Program-made: the position numbers and the translations under genes
The notes under the pieces: model-generated
What the model saw: only the letters and a program-made list of their open reading frames with translations
The model's database searches: none
What the model was told of the DNA's origin: nothing
NCBI RefSeq assembly: GCF_009914755.1
Contig: NC_060934.1
Strand: one strand, 5' to 3'
Source of the DNA: the human T2T-CHM13v2.0 reference genome, Homo sapiens
Length of the DNA: 64,000 nucleotides
In this document: piece by piece, positions 29,138 to 45,878 of the stretch
Position numbering within the stretch: the first letter of the stretch is position 1
Layout of the letters: every line of letters starts with the position of its first letter

Positions 29138-31143
29138 TAAATTTAGGTCATGTCAATGTGTCAGAGAAACATAGGAAATTCAGAGATAAATCATAGCAAA
29201 ATTATCAAGTCAGTGAAGTGAGTTTTTCAAAATGTGAACCTCCTCTATGTAGGCTTTCTGAGTTGACTTTTGGTGTCACTCTGAGGGCAGTTCATTGTCC
29301 TTGGACATGTATTCTTTATCCCTCTCTTCCCCTCAGCTTGCCACTATGTACTTCATTAAATTTATTTGATAATCCTGTCAGAGATTAGGCTAAAGTTGGG
29401 GATAATATTAAGAAATGAATGTGGATAAGACAATGAAAACTGTCTCATATAAGTAGAGAAATTTAAACTCTCTTTGGCAAGCTCTTGTTCCCAATATTGC
29501 TGACTCCGTCATAAGGGAGGGGACTTTGGCCTAATGATGGGGGTGGGGGGTGCAGGATTGGGAAGTGAAGAGTGCAATGCTTGGGATATGATGCTGAGTT
29601 TCTTGCTTAAAGAATGTGTAAAGCATTTAGCATGGGCCTCTTACACAGTAAGGCTTTTTAAGCCCAACTTCTTTTTGAAGAGAGTCAAAACTTAATGAAG
29701 TATTGAAGGATTTTAACGTTCAAATTGGAACTTTAAGAATGAGAAAGCGGGAAGAAAACACTCATCATTTACTGAGCCTCTACCACATGCCATAGACTGT
29801 TCTAGAGAATTTACACAATGGTTAAATTAACCCTCCATACTCCCATGAAGGAGATATAATTTGGTATAATTAATACCATTTCATAAATATGGGAACTGAC
29901 AGACATAGGTTAATATAAAGCTATGTTCTCATGTCAAAATTGAGGTAGAATCCAGATGATAGCCCACTTATTTTTGACTCCAAATTTCATTTTGCCTCTC
30001 CTGGGTTGTACTGATAAGTTCTAAATCACACCAAAATCAATAGACTGCTGTCTACTGATGAGCGATTAATCTCAGGGCCATCTTCCAGTGTTTTAGAACA
30101 GCTGATGACAATGGCAATCAAATGTACATCAGAATGATGAATTTGAGTCAACAGGTATTATTGAGAATGTGCTACCTGCTGGCTGAACGGCAAGCTAATC
30201 CGCTATTACAATGTCTGACTGTTTCTGAACAAACCTGATTTTATCCCCTGAGATGTGCTGATGGCTGCCCATTCCCACTCCCAATTTACACCCTTGATTA
30301 CTAGCACAGGACACAAACTCCTGCTCCACAGGCTTTCCTTCCACCCACACCACCAACTTGCTCTTCTGAGTACAGTTATTTTATGTTATTGGCCCTGTTA
30401 GATTTCCATCCTCTGGAACAGAGAGTCCAAATTTGCATATCATGTACTTACTCAAAAAAAATCTATTTTATGTGTACTTTCAATATGCTGGCCCCTACTG
30501 ATCTTTTGTGCAAATTAGAAAGAGGTGTTTCTTCACTTTTCCTTTGGATCAGAAACTTTTCCAAATGTAATGATTTCTGATAGAAAAGTCTACTTTTTTG
30601 TTATCTGCTTTCTGAAACAAATATGCAAATCTCCCCTATCTATAATATAAATGTCTTGTCTTTATGCAGTGCTGTGTAATTAACCCAAATGGATAGATTT
30701 GAATAGCCAACAATTATTTATTGAATACCTATACGCTATGACATTTTCAGTAAATGATAATAGCAAAATGCCAAACTTCTTGCTTTTTGGAGCTTACATT
30801 TTGTGGAAATTATCAAGGATTAAATAAAAAAGAAAAATGAGGATCATGTATATTATATTGTGGTAATGCTAAGAAGGAATAGTAAAGCAATGAAGTTACA
30901 TACAAAACATCAAGTTTTAGAAATTACACATATTAGATACTGATCTATTACATGCATTATAAAATATACACAAATATAAATTTTAAAATTAGATCAAAAT
31001 AAACACGAATGGCAGTCCCAATATCACCCTAGGTGAATGATCTTGTATCTCTCTGTAAGATGAGATGGAAGACAATAGAACTTTCTACAATGCTGGAAAT
31101 CTTCATTCTGTGCCATGCACAGAAGGCAAATATTGCATATTTA

Positions 31144-31270
31144 AAAAATAACTAATGGGTACTAGGCTTAATACCTAGGTGACGAAATAATCTGTACAAC
31201 AAACCCTCATGACACAAGTTTACCTATGTAACAAACCTGCACATGTACCCCTGAACTTAAAAGAAAAGAA
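31144..31270 (+). mobile_element. Short L1PA 3' terminal fragment within MER3/MER33-like sequence
   Basis: aataactaatgggtactaggcttaatacct...aaacctgcacatgtacccctgaacttaaaa. Confidence 0.85.
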
Positions 31271-33615
31271 ATGTGGCTATTGAGACAGAGGAACTGAATT
31301 TTAAATCATCTTTAATTTAAATTAATTTAAATCGAAATAGCCGTAAATGTCTAGTGCCTATTGAACAGCAGCAGAGAAAGCAAAGTTCTGCTAAGGATGC
31401 AGTGGCCTGGGGTAAGTAGAACATTCCCCTTGACCTTGAGCTATGGCATTCATTTCACCTGCAGACCCTAAGGTTATCCTAACCTTAACCCTGTTTGATC
31501 TGGATTAATGACATGTGTTCTCCATCAAGTCTCTAACAGGCTTCCTGCTGAATTCCAGGATGCTTAATTAACCTCATGTAACACTGTTTATTGCACTTCT
31601 GCTAGGATGTTCTCATCTATGCCTGTGGTGACCCTGGCTCCATCCACGCGGTCTCATATATTCACTCGTTCCAGATGTTGCTATTCTAGCTACCTCTCCT
31701 CAGACTCCTCAGACCCTTCTGTTATGAAGATTCTGTCCTCAGATTGTCTACATTTTTAGAAATTGATTCTGCAACAGTTAAGGTTGGGAGGCTGGTTGTG
31801 CTGTGGACTTGTTCTGCTTTTCCAAACACTCCCTGGTACTTAACTTAAAATGCAGTCTTATCTTCCAGTCTCATCTTAAACTGTTGTTTAAGGCCAATAT
31901 TTTCTATTAAACAGGTGCATTAAAAGCCCTCCTAAGAGAGTGCTTCTGTGTTTAATATTGAATTAAGTAATCCTTCTGGATCTTTACTTGCATCTCTAGA
32001 GCATAGTGGTACTAAATGTGCAAGGATAATTTGAGAGTCTCAAGTTGGTGTGAAAATATCAGGTTCAAGCAAGACGGCTGCCTCAGGCTGTGTGAAGCCC
32101 TTTTAGATTGCTGCCACTACAAAGGAAGTCTCATTAGAAGATTCCCATACCAGGAGATGTCATGAGACCATCAAACAGGAGGTGAGTGGCAAATAACTTC
32201 AAATAAGCAGAACACTGTTGCCCAAGTTCTGTGCCCACTTGGACAAGCAGCTCTGTGCCAGGAGGTGTTTTATTCATAGTACATAACCACTACACAACCC
32301 CAGCAGCTCATCCAGGAACCCCAAATATAGCCAGCAAGATCAAAACTCCTGAATTCAGCCTGGGGCTTCCTTCTCTGAAAAAGAGGTAGAGGCATCAAAG
32401 CTAGAGCTCAGAAATTTTTTCCCCAGGCATTCATATAAGCCTAGCAAAGATTGAAGTGAAATAAAGAGGAAGTCTAAGCAAAAATATTTAAAATAATCTC
32501 AAGTAAAAAAAAAAAGAGTTACAGAGAAAAAGAGTCATGTCCAAAAACTGTTTGATTTTTAGATAACAACAACAAAAATCATAATACAGATTAAAATAAC
32601 TCCAAGGAAACAAAGGAGGTGGATTATTAAACATAAGAGGAGAAAGAAATTAATTAAGAAACAACACAAACAATAGAATTGATAAAACATTTTGTTCTTT
32701 AAATAAACTAATGAAATAGAGAGGCATTTAATTTAAACAATACTGAGAATGAAAAAGTGATTGTAATTGACAAAACGATGTTGTATAAAATTCTATGATA
32801 ATTATGTTTTAATATCTTGATGAAATGAATAGCAATTACCAGAACATATAAATTATTATCATTGGCTAATAAAAAGGAAGTGAACCTAATATACTCCAAA
32901 CCATAAAGTACATTGAAAAAGAAGAGTATAAATATCGATAAAAATTTGGTCCAAGGTAGTTTTAAAGAAAGTCCTTGTAACCTTCGGGTAACAAATAATT
33001 TCCATGATATTTAACAATTCCTGGATTTAAAAGGTTTTCTTAGTCATGCCTATTATAGCCTCTCTGAGACTAGATAAAATGAGCTCCCCCAGGACACCTG
33101 CACTGGCTGGACCACCTGTGCCTCTATGACCCCCTGCACCACCCTGTCAATGCGAAGATAAAGAGAGAAGCTCCTGCTTAGGGTCCAAGAAACTCACACC
33201 ACATTTTGAGAGAAACTGGAGAATGAAAACGGCCTGAAAATGAAGTTGAAAAATTTATCTTCCTGGTATTTTTTTAACATTTTGAACAAAGTAAAAGTGA
33301 ACAGAATATATTTCAAGTTGTGTTGGACAAGGCAATATTAAGTAGACCTAAAAAAGAGTACAACTTCTAAAATTATGCAAATCAGTTTAAAAATAATGTA
33401 GTTACATTAAGATACATTATCAAGGGCAAAATCTGACTTATAAGCTAGAAATAATTATCAATCGTAATTTATTTAATTTATAAACAATTTAAAATAGGCA
33501 GTTATATGATATTCTCAAGAGATTTGACTAAAATCACAAAACATTAACTGTAAAAGGGTAAAAAAGTTTTATAAAGCACATGTAAGCAATAATGAAGCAG
33601 AGTTTCCAAGATTAG

Positions 33616-34450
33616 TGTCTATACTTGCATACGATGCATAACAAACCACCCAAGCATAGTGGCATAAGCAACAAACCATTTGCAGATTGTGTGTTCAGGA
33701 ATTGCAAGCCATGGCAGGTTTGACTCATCTATATTCCATAATGCCTGAGGAACAATAGCTGGGAAGATCAGTTTTTTAGTCCATTTGGGATGCTATAAAA
33801 AATACCATAAACTGAAGAGTTTATCAACAATGGAATTTATTCCTCACTGTTCTGGAGGCTGGAAGCTGAGCTGGAGCTGCCAGCATGGAAGAGCCCTCTT
33901 CCAAGCTGCACATTGCTAACTTCTCCTGTATCCTCACATGGTGGAAACAGAGTGTGCTAGCTTCTTGGCCTCTTCTTATAAGGGCACTAATTCCATTTAT
34001 AAGGACTGTACTCTCATGACCTAATTATTTCCCAAAGGCCCTACCTCCTAATACCGTGACCTTGGGAGTTAGGGTTTCAACATATAAATGTTGAAGGGGG
34101 CACAAATATCCAGTCTGTAACAATCTGGAAGTCTTTCACATGCTTGGGGCTGGATATCACCTGAAGGCTTCTTCATTTACTCATGCAGAATCTGGGTTGG
34201 GATGATTGAAGGGCTTGACTTACCTGGGGTTGTCCATTGGTGTACCTGTATATGGCCTGCCCATATGGCTGGGGTTTCTGGCAGTGGGATGGTTGGGTTA
34301 TGAGAGGGAGATTCCAAGAGCAGACATTTGAAGAAACCAGGTAGAAGCTGCGTGGGCTTTTATGACCTAGCTCAAAAGTCACATAGCATCATTTCTGTCA
34401 AATCTACTGGTCAAGAGCAACCATAAGTTTATCCATGGGACCTTTGCTAA
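33616..34450 (-). mobile_element. Old MLT1 LTR (MLT1F-H-like) containing a nested MLT1A
   Basis: gcataacaaaccaccc..agtggc...; ttatgacctagctcaaaagtcacatagcatcatttctg. Confidence 0.6.
33772..34122 (-). mobile_element. MLT1A-like solo LTR
   Basis: ttagtccatttgg..tgctata...ttctggaggctggaag...tcttcttataagggcactaat...gtaaca. TSD-like atcag/atctg. Confidence 0.8.
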
Positions 34451-35126
34451 ACCTCCATAATAAAAGATTATATGGAATCCAAAGCAAGGAGCATTAAGCA
34501 GGACAAAGTCTATCAATTTATCTACTACAGAGTGCCATTGGCAACGAAGCTGTAACTTTTGGGGATCTTTATGTGTTAAAAAATTGTATCAAAATATATA
34601 ATGCAAAGCATTTTCCCTCTCTAATTTTTCTAATCAAGTCTCAAAAAATATAGAAACTCTAATTTCCATACAAATTAAGGTTAACCTGATATATTTAATT
34701 AAACATTTACACGCTAGGAAAAATGCTAATTTTTTTCTGTGTCAACTGATAATTTCAAAACTAACATATGTTGGGCCACAAAGGAAATGCCAGTAAAATC
34801 TTCAAAGCACAAATTGTATAGGCCATTTTCTTCTGTCTCTTAATTTTTTTGTAATAAAACTAAAAATAAATTGAAAAAATAAATGTTTAACATTGAAAAG
34901 CAATAACACAGCAATTAAAATGTCTTAAATATCATATGTCAAAGAGGAAATCAAAAGCGCAATTACAGGCTTTTTGCTAATTAGAGAAAATGACAACAGC
35001 ACACAGCAAAATGTATGGGGCATAGCTAGTTTTGACTGAGAAAGAAAATAAGTGTACACTTATTTTATATACTTCAGTCCCAGGCACAGGTGTTCTGGAA
35101 GGTAAATTCCAATATTATTATAATTA

Positions 35127-35155
35127 CATCTATCTATCTATCTATCATCTATCTG
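35127..35155. repeat. (ATCT)n tetranucleotide
   Basis: Seen directly. Confidence 0.85.
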
Positions 35156-37869
35156 TGTAATCCAACTCTCATTTATCTAGCCAACATTCATTCTGTGTGT
35201 ATTACAGTTGTCATGGCAGGGAGTAATCTAAATACCTATCAATAGAATTCAATAAATAAACATCACTTTAATACATTTCGAAACTTCCATGCAATACAAT
35301 TATATGCAGCCATTATGTACACGTGAAGAACTGCCTATGATATAGGAAGGTAGAAAAAATAAAGAAGACTACAAAGAAGTATGCAGAGCAAGATTTTGCT
35401 TGTATGGAAGAAATCTAGAAGGATGTAGCAGAAGGAATGCCAGTATCTATTCCATCTTTCCTTTCCTTTTTCTGCCAGAGTTCTGATTTTTCTTTTTTTT
35501 GCCGGTAATTCACCATCCACCACATAACCACGTGCTTCACTAACAAGCACTGGAATCTCATTTCCCTTCCTAGGGGTTTGTTTAATAGTTAACATGTGAC
35601 TCAGTTCTGATAAATGACATGAGGGAGAGTCTCCTCGGGGATTTTTGGAAAATGCTTTCTTGTTCTTAAAAGTACAATTTAATGCTTCCATGTTTTTCAA
35701 TGTAATACTTTTGTGTTTACATGTTATATTTAGAAACTGCTGTAGCTACCTTGCAACTTCAAGGGAAGCTAACCCAATGTGATGAAGACTGCTAGCAGAA
35801 GAGGGAAAGTAGCTCCTTTGGATCACTGAATAAAGCAGCTTGGAAGATGTTGCCCTCTCTTGGAATTTATTCTATAAGACACTAACTTTTCCTTCTCTTC
35901 AGCCAGTTGAGCTGGTACTGCTCTTTTGCAGCTGGGGTCATTTTACTTATACATAGGATACACGTCAAAAATGTTACTGGGAACAAGATGTGTGCATCTG
36001 TATTTTTCTCTCATTTTTCCCCCAGATTGGCCTTTTTTTCCCCTCAAATGTTAATAATATTGGATTTGTTATTGTTTTTGCTTTTTAAAATTTTTCTATT
36101 TTTCCTGAGACTTCTGCATTTCTTCCTATCTCGGACCAATTTCTGAATCCATGTGCTGGAAGAACAATGAAAGAATTTTATTTTAGATCTACTATAGATG
36201 GGGATGACTTCAAGTACTATGTCCCTTGGCACAATTATATCTTACTTCAATATAGGTCTTGAGTGGTCTCGTTCTCAGATTTATGGAGGATACACTATCT
36301 TGAGGGAAAAGAGACTTCTAGATGTATGTCTCATAAAATAAATAGTTGGAGTTGGAGTTTGACAAATTTATGCAATTAAATGAGAAGAAATAAAAATGTA
36401 GATTTTACAGGGAGGAGGCCCAGATAAGAGGAGTGTAATTTTATTCTTGGAGATATTTTTCTGGGTCTTTCTGAAGATGAAGGAGCAAAAATTTAAAGTA
36501 TTGCTCCCTTATTTAAGGCAAGGAAAAATAGATGTTAAAAGACCTTAATAATCAATTATGAATAGTGACATTCATTGAAAATCATTGATATTTGAGGGTC
36601 TAACGTGTTTCTGGGCTGGTGGGAGCACCCCTGGTGAGGGTCATTAGTAAGACCACCACTTTGGGCTGTCTCTGTGGATTAGGGAATGGGGAGCATGTTT
36701 CTAGTTGTAGGTAATGATTTGCATGGAAATAATAAAGCATTACTTCTTTTACTCCATTTACAATGACCAGCATGTTCCATAAAGAGACTGACCTAAAAGA
36801 TAGAGAATAAATCAGAATATATACTCCAGGAAGCCCATAACATATGGTATGAGAAAGAAGCCTTTTCTATTAAACACCTGAGAATTTTGAATTGTTTGCC
36901 ACTGCAGCATAATCAATGTTATGATAAAGCTAGATTGACTAATACATCTTTCTCTATTGGTAGAGACAGAGGCAAACACATTTTAAAGGACAGTTTCTCC
37001 ATGTACAGCCTCATGCAATAGCTATCAGGACTACATCAGATATTAATCAAGTGTGAATTTACTGGGAACACCAAACACATAAGGAAAACCACCATGATCT
37101 ATAAGCAGTAGAGACAAGCAATAGCAAAATGAAATTCTTAAGGACTGCAGATATTAAATTTGTTTACAGTTAAAATATAAAATATCTTGGTATGGGGTGT
37201 TTAATAAAATTAATAAACTTAGAGGAAAGCAAAAAAGCATCAGAAAAATAGACTGACAAACAAAATGAACTTCTAAGTGTGAAAAACATTTTTATTGAGA
37301 CAAAAATTACTTAATAGATGAGTTAAGCAGCAGATGAAGTGCAATTGAAGAAAGAAGTCTGATGCTAACTAGAGATAACTAGCTACAAGATAGATGTGTA
37401 TCATGATATAGATGTATATATAAGAACTACAGAAAAGTAGCAAAGAGACATGGATGATAGAATACGAAGCTCTTAAAACCATCTGATTGGCATCTCAAAA
37501 GATGAACTACAAAGATTTGGGAAGAGGCCTTATTTAGAGAATTAATGGCTTCACATGTTTCAAGATCGGTGAGAATTTAGCTCAAGCTGGATAACTAAAA
37601 AGAATTTATGACTAGACATATAGTAGTGAAACTGCAAGATAGGAGGGGGAGAGAGAGAGAAAGAGAGAAAGAAGTAAAAAGAGGAAGAGGAGAGAGATTC
37701 TAAAAGGAGCTGTATAGAAAGGAGAGAATGACTTACAGAAGAAAGACAGCTAGAATTACAGAATACTGCTTGGTAAAAATAAAACAAGGAAGGTGTTATT
37801 TAAACATTTATCAATTCAACAATTTTGAATTTGGTGAGTCTTTGAGCTAGTCATTGTTATAACTTCTAA

Positions 37870-38253
<384 letters not shown>

Positions 38254-38354
38254 TAAATGACAAAAATTAAAAATAAAGATAATTTTATAGCATAAAAGTA
38301 ATATGTAGAAATAAAGTATGAAGCTAGAATGTATTTGCATTGGCTATTTTATCT

Positions 38355-38605
38355 TATTTTATAGCTTTATTGAGGTATAACTGAAATTTAAATTGTATTA
38401 TTTAAGGTGTATGATGTGATATTTTGATGTATGCATATGTTGTGAAATGATTACCATCATCAATCTAGTTAACATATCCATCACTTTACATAGTTATTGT
38501 GTGTGTGTTTTTGTGTGTGTGTGTGAGAGGGAGATGAGAATACTTAAGATCTACTCTCTTAGAAAATTGCAAGTGTGTAATGCATTATTATTAAACATAG
38601 TCAAC
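38355..38605 (-). mobile_element. L1MA (MA8/9-like) 3' terminal fragment
   Basis: gctttattgaggtataactg, ttgtgaaatgattacca, acttaagatctactctcttag. Confidence 0.75.
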
Positions 38606-39530
38606 ATTGGTTATTTTAGATGGGGTCAACAAGGATAAACTTAATTGTGAAGTGACAATTGAGCTGAAATAGTCAAAATGAGAAGGACTACACAAATAAT
38701 TGGAAGCAATCCTCTAGGCCCTGAAGTATGAATGAATCTCTCAGAGAAAAGGCCAAGCAGAGAGAAGGGGGAGAATGGCATGAGATGTGGTAGCAGTGGT
38801 GGCAAAGTGTGAAAGAAGACTGGACCTAATTTTAATGGCAATAAGAATTTGAAAGTTTTTAAGAGGGGAAATAATGGGCATGAAATTACATTTTCAAAAG
38901 GTCATTTTGTCTGCTCTGTGGAAAATTGAATGTCATCAATTATAGAAACAGTGCACTTTACTTTGGATTCTCCCTGCGTTTTTTTTTTATTTTCAATTTT
39001 TTTTTTTTTTTGCCTTAAAGCCAAGGTGGGAGTGTGTCTCTTAGGATTCTTCCAGTTTAAGTAAGAGAGCTAGGTAACGGAAACTTAAATTTAAAGCACA
39101 CCCAATTTTGGCCCCAAACAAACAAAATTATTCAACATTATCTAGCTTCAGGCTTGGTTTGATCCAGGCATTTAAAAAAGTCATTAAAGTTGTGACCCTC
39201 CATCTTTCAGACAAGCTTTTTCTATGTGATAGGCATGATGGTTCCTGGCAGCCTGAGACTTCCATCCCAACAGCATTTTAACTTCAGGACAAGGAAAGCT
39301 TCTTCCTTGATAACACTGAAAAAATATTCCAGGTAGAGAGAACTCTCATTTGCCTTCTTTTGATGACATTTCTATTTCTTAACCATTCCTTGAGGTCTGG
39401 GGCATTTGGGCACTGTGATAAATGAAGTCAAGGTCACATTCCTACTGCTGGGCAGCTGGAAGAGTGAAGTTAGTCTCTCTTAAACCACAGGGTATGATTT
39501 CCCTATAGGAATGATGGTAAACGCTTACTA

Positions 39531-39599
39531 TTAGGTTGGTGCAAATGTAATTGCAGTTTTTGCCATTACTGTTATGCCATTACATTTGCACCAACCTAA
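39531..39599. mobile_element. MADE1 (Hsmar1-derived MITE), internally deleted
   Basis: TIRs ttaggttggtgcaaa...tttgcaccaacctaa, preceded by TA. Confidence 0.92.
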
Positions 39600-41819
39600 C
39601 CGAAGAAGGTGCCAGGAAACAAATTGATATCAATACCAGACAAAGAAGAGGAAATCTGCCCATTTCTTTAATAAAATTAGCGCTCATGACTCCACACTGT
39701 TTGGTCTTCTTGGTAGGGACAGAATAGTGGTCAAGAGAAATCCTAATAGTTAAAATTAAAGTGTTTTTTTTTTGTTTTTAGCCTATATCACTTCATTAGG
39801 AATCACCAATTAGTCTCATAAAGCTGATGAGTCAAGTGGAGAACTTGAAATTTTCTTCCAGCAGAGGTTCCCCACACCATCTTACAGTACCAGCAGCATG
39901 AATAAAAGAAAGCAGCTAAGAGGCCTCCCTAAATGCCAACATCCAAAGATGGGACTCCAGAGAGAGTTTTCTGTGGGGTACCGGATAAATTGACTATTTT
40001 TTTCTTCACTAGGTGAACTATTTTTCACACAATGGCCAAGTTGTTTTTGTTTGGCTATTATCCTAACTACTCCCCAAGGGTCAAATGGGGGGAGTATTAT
40101 AATCTACCATAGAGACTGAATATGACACTGACCATTGTATAGAAAAGTTATAACCTACAATGCACATTTGACTTTAGATATTATTTCCCTAGCATAACAA
40201 AGAGCCATTAACTAGAGGACAAAGAGTCATCAAATAGAGGAAAATATTTCAAAATTATTCACATTAAGGTCTCAGTAGCATACTGGGTAGGAATACATAG
40301 TTATGAGCATAAAAAGAAAAATTAGTACATGAATTTTAATTTCTGTTCTGCATCACTTCATAGTATGTTTGAGCTTTTAAAAACTTGTTGAGGCTGCATT
40401 ATTTGTAATTGCTCTGAAATGAAGCAATGTCAAAAGGAAGGCGAAATGGATTTTTAAAGAGACTAATACTGGCAATGTCAAAAGGCATAATTTTTAAAGC
40501 TTTACAGCAAATTGTTAGAGATTTAGGTATAATTGAATTAGATTATGGTTTAATTCAGAGCTAATCATTTTTTGTTCTAGCAAAGGAGACTATCTACTCA
40601 GTACCTTTTCTCAAAGAATTTTAAATGCATTCATCATTGTTTTATTTTTGCTTTAAAAATTTACTCAGAAAGCTACTTTACTTATTGCAAAGTAGCTTTC
40701 TGAGCCCATGTGTTTATTGCCCTGCTCCCCAACCTCCCATTGAAAAATAACTTCTTATTGCAAAATAAAAATGGAAAAATATTAGTACAAATGTGCATTG
40801 GACAAAGTCTGTATCAAGAACAGGAGTCCAAAAAGAGTCCTATCCATAAGCTGATGAAAGCATTTTTGCTATTTAGAGAAGCATTTTTGCTATTTAGAGC
40901 ATTTTGGCTTTATGTAAGAAATGGCAATAACTAACATGGAAAGGAAAACACTTTCTATATGGGAAATCTCTGCCATACAACTGTCTTCATCAGTATTTGT
41001 ATCTCATCTTTGATAAGACTAAAAACCATATCTTACACTTCCAAACATCTCTCTTTTTAAAATTAGATAAAATATCAATATTCTTATTTTCTCTTTGTCC
41101 CTAATATAAAAAAGAACTCTTAAATCTGGGTGTGCACATGCACAGACTTCTTTTTTAAATGGAAAGGAAGTCCATACAATACATCAAAAGATGAAGTAAC
41201 TCTAACAATGAGAAGTTTTGTGGGTAAACTTGCAAGCTGTCTTCCCACCACCAAAGCAAGCATGCTATATGACACGGTAAAAAACCAAACAAACAAAAAA
41301 ACCAAAACAAACAAAGAAAAAACCCAAGAACATATTTTCAGAAAAATATTCAGAAAATATATGCAATATTTAAAAAGCAAAAGCAATAAACCTAGTTCAC
41401 AGTATATTGACTGTGAGAAAATCAGATGAATGAATTAGAAAATCGGTGAGTTTTCCATGTCTTCTGGGGTAAAGGCGAAGAAAGGAATATGATAAATTTA
41501 AAATGAGAACTACTGATAATAGATTTAGTTAATTCACTATATATGCCTAATATGCATTCCATATGGAAAGAAGAGATCACCAATAATGAGAATAAGAAAT
41601 AACAGGATATAATTTCTTACTAGAAAATTAAAAAGAAATCTGATATTAAGTGTTCAAAATATAACTTACACAGTGCTAATGAGAATCCTAATTAGTAGAA
41701 TCACTTGGAAATTCACAATTGATTTCCAATTCATGCATAATTGACATACATACATACAATTTGACTTTTTACATTTATCCCAAATATTCATACTCCACTA
41801 CCAAACAATTACACTCTTA

Positions 41820-42302
41820 TGTATATTGCTCCCTTGGTTTGGATGCTTTCAGAAGCAGACCTGGAGACTAAGATTTCAGTGCAAATAGTTTTTTTTGTGT
41901 GTGTATGAGGTAGTTCCGGGAAATGCCAGTGAGAGGCTGGGAGTGAGACAGAAAAGGAAGCCAATACAAGGGTGGATTACCAACAATTTACCACTGTGGA
42001 CAACTGGAGCTCAATCGATGGAGGAATTGTAGAAGACAGTATAGAACAAACCTTCAGGGTTATTCTAGTCAAGAGGTGAAAAATCTGGGGTATTTATCTC
42101 CAATTCCCTGTCCATCTCTGGTTAAGGGCTATTTCTGGGAGCATTAATTCTTGTGCACTTTCAGCTTGCTCTGAGCATGTGTCCAGCCAGGGAAGTGTTC
42201 TCAGGCTGCCTGCAGCCAGCAGGTGTTCACAGAAGTCAGTCTTCAGAGTACAACAGGGAAGACAGACAGAATAAGGATAGTGTACAAACAATGTCTGCTA
42301 TA
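41820..42302 (-). mobile_element. ERVL LTR (LTR33/LTR41-like)
   Basis: cagaagcagacc..gagac..agattt..gtgcaaatagttt; ccactgtggacaactggagctcaatc. Confidence 0.6.
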
Positions 42303-43319
42303 GTAACTTAATGAAAGCATGTCATATGCAAGGAAGTCTATAAAAATATATACCATATGATATCATTTGTAATAGAAAAAAATGGAAACATCTGAATGTC
42401 CATCATTAGGAAGATGAAAAATGAAATGTGATATAGGCACAAGAAATAATCTAGATCTCTGTATATCAACATTGCTAAATCTTAACATCAACAAAGAATA
42501 AGCTGCCAGATGATACATACATCTATGATAGCCTTTATATAAATTTAATGACAAATTATATAAGTAAATCACACACATATATAATAGCATTTTTAAATTT
42601 CAAAAACACACCAAACAATGTAAACATACTTGTATATGTTCAAAAAATTTTTTAAAGGCCTAGAAGCATACATAGAAAATTTATGATGCTTTTTATCTCT
42701 TAGAAAGACAATGGGATAAGAACAAATAACAAAGTGGATTTTATATTTATCTATAATATTTATTTTCATTAAAAAATAAACTTGAATAGAACATCAATAT
42801 GCTAAAATGTCAATCTTGGATGGGCCCTTGAAAATCGTTCTCTGTAAATTTCTCTTAATTTTCTCAAAACGAAAATAAACATGAAAATGGAAGATGAAGA
42901 AAGAGCAACAAAATTTAAAATAAAGTATTCTTGGGCTGAAATATGCATGAAAAGTTTAGAGATAAAGTATTCTAGGCAAAAACTGGTGAGATATTTGAAT
43001 TTTATTTATAAAAAAGTCTTGCTTTATTTGGGAGTTTAATTAAAATGCTCTTATTTGCTTCCACATCTGTGCCTGCTTAGCATCTTTTATTAAGTCCTGA
43101 TTCTCCCCAGGCCCTGCTTGGTGGGCCTCAGCCTCTGGCCCAGTTTGTTAGCAGCCATAGGTCCACAGTTAGGGCTGAACAACGTTGATCAGATTCTCTT
43201 CTTGAGATTTGAATGCAGAAACTATTCATTTATCTATCTATTTATTTAGAGGAGTCATGCTCTGTGGCCCTGGATACATTTGGGATTTGAATTCAGAAAC
43301 TATTTATTTATCTTCAACC

Positions 43320-45878
<2,559 letters not shown>

